From: Nannocystales bacterium
GTDB lineage: Bacteria; Myxococcota_A; Polyangia; Nannocystales; Nannocystaceae
Reading direction: 5' to 3'
DNA length: 64,000 nt
Assembly (NCBI GenBank): GCA_050633305.1
Contig: JBOEGF010000032.1
Span: forward strand, 160,001 to 224,000
Shown piece after piece: positions 62,952 to 64,000 of this stretch (its first letter is position 1; every line of letters begins with the position of its first letter). Under the pieces are notes generated by a model, which worked only from the letters and a program-made list of their open reading frames with translations, searched no databases and was not told where the DNA came from. Both the position numbers and the translations under genes were made by a program.

Positions 62952-64000
62952 TCAGGCTGCGATCGCAGGTCCCGTCCACGCAGTGGGAGCCTGCACGGAC
63001 AGACCGAGCAGACAGCGCAACGCCTGCACACAGCGAGGTGCGGCGTGCCCGTCTCCGTACGGGTTGCAGCGTGGCTGAGCACGGCGCAGAGCAGCGTCGT
63101 CGTACAACCAACGACGCGCGCTTCGCTCGATCTGGTCCGACTGCCACCCGACCAACTTCGCCCATCCATGCTCGAGAGCCTCGGGCCGTTCTGTCGTGCG
63201 GCGGGTGACCAACACCGGCACCCCGACGCTCGGGGCCTCCTCTTGAATGCCTCCGGAGTCGGTGATGGCAAACCGGCACCGCCGCAGCAGCCACAGCAGC
63301 TCGCCGTGATCCAGCGGGGGCAGCCGTCGCACGTTTCTTGCGGCCAGCAACGGTCCAACGAGAGGATCGAGGGCTGGGTTGGGATGCGCAGGCATCACGA
63401 TCTCCACCTCGGGCGCCGCGCGAGCGAAGGCGGCGACAGCCTTGATGACTTCGGTGGCCCCAGCGGGAAAGCTCTCCCGTCGATGATGGGTGAACAGGAC
63501 GCGGGTCCGAGGAGTCTCCAACCCGCGCAGGCGGTCGGTGGGCGAGGCATCCAGAGGCAGGCTCGCCAGCGTGTGGTGAACCGCATCCACGATGGTGTTG
63601 CCTGTCACGACAACCCGGTGACGAGGGACTCCTTCTTCGTACAGGTTCGTGGCGGCCCGCGGCGTCGGCGCAAGATGGAGCGTCGCGAGCTCGGCGACGC
63701 GGACCCGATGCGACTCCTCGGGCCACGGATGCTCGAGGGATCCGCTGCGCAGGCCCGCCTCGAGGTGCGCGAACGGGACTCCGACTTCATCGCTCGCCTC
63801 GGCGGCGGCCACGACCGATCCGGTATCGCCCTGGGCGAGCACCGCGTCGGGACGATGCTCGCCCAGGGCCGCCATGACCCGCTCGCGGAGCGCGGAAGAC
63901 TCGGCCCCCTGTGCCGGCCCGTCGGGCGGAAGGACCCCCAGCGCGGCGGCGTGGGGAGCCACCAAACCGGCGTGCTGTCCGGTCCACATCACGCGGAACT
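62952..64000 (-). CDS. wecB: UDP-GlcNAc 2-epimerase (start outside window)
   Basis: TGQH, QGDT, HLEAGLRS, PWPEE, TGNT.VDA, HRRES, TDSGGIQEEA, TERPE, NPYGDG. Confidence 0.93.
   Translation of the reverse strand, partial: FRVMWTGQHAGLVAPHAAALGVLPPDGPAQGAESSALRERVMAALGEHRPDAVLAQGDTGSVVAAAEASDEVGVPFAHLEAGLRSGSLEHPWPEESHRVRVAELATLHLAPTPRAATNLYEEGVPRHRVVVTGNTIVDAVHHTLASLPLDASPTDRLRGLETPRTRVLFTHHRRESFPAGATEVIKAVAAFARAAPEVEIVMPAHPNPALDPLVGPLLAARNVRRLPPLDHGELLWLLRRCRFAITDSGGIQEEAPSVGVPVLVTRRTTERPEALEHGWAKLVGWQSDQIERSARRWLYDDAALRRAQPRCNPYGDGHAAPRCVQALRCLLGLSVQAPTAWTGPAIAA

Overview
A GC-rich bacterial window that looks myxobacterial, probably Nannocystaceae-like. This is inferred from the Ser/Thr-rich Cys lipoproteins, a MYXO-CTERM-like tail, a DUF1592/DUF1552 pair, an ECF-kinase pair and several Hanks kinases. 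It holds about 50 genes. I saw no rRNA, tRNA, CRISPR array or intact mobile element. Housekeeping genes include fbaA, a split mnmC/mnmD pair, wecB, an M16 peptidase and an LMW-PTP/fructosamine-kinase pair. The best candidate for an undescribed system is a tightly packed four-gene operon at 46624-50638. It places a long-form nicotinamidase-like cysteine hydrolase at the head of a complete vWA-PP2C-YegI-like kinase (TerY-P) triad, which suggests NAD+/nicotinamide metabolism coupled to a phosphorylation switch used in stress or anti-phage defence. Other highlights are an orphan SDR-enolase-ACP-adenylating ligase-UbiD mini-cluster (54753-60038) and a lipoprotein resembling the eukaryotic AAC4 family. 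There is also a 1241-aa amidohydrolase/TSP3/LTD surface protein, a lipoprotein cytochrome P460, a multi-zinc-finger membrane protein and a collapsed SulP pseudogene. All family assignments come from recognising motifs by eye; no database searches were run. Many start codons were re-picked from the ORF track.
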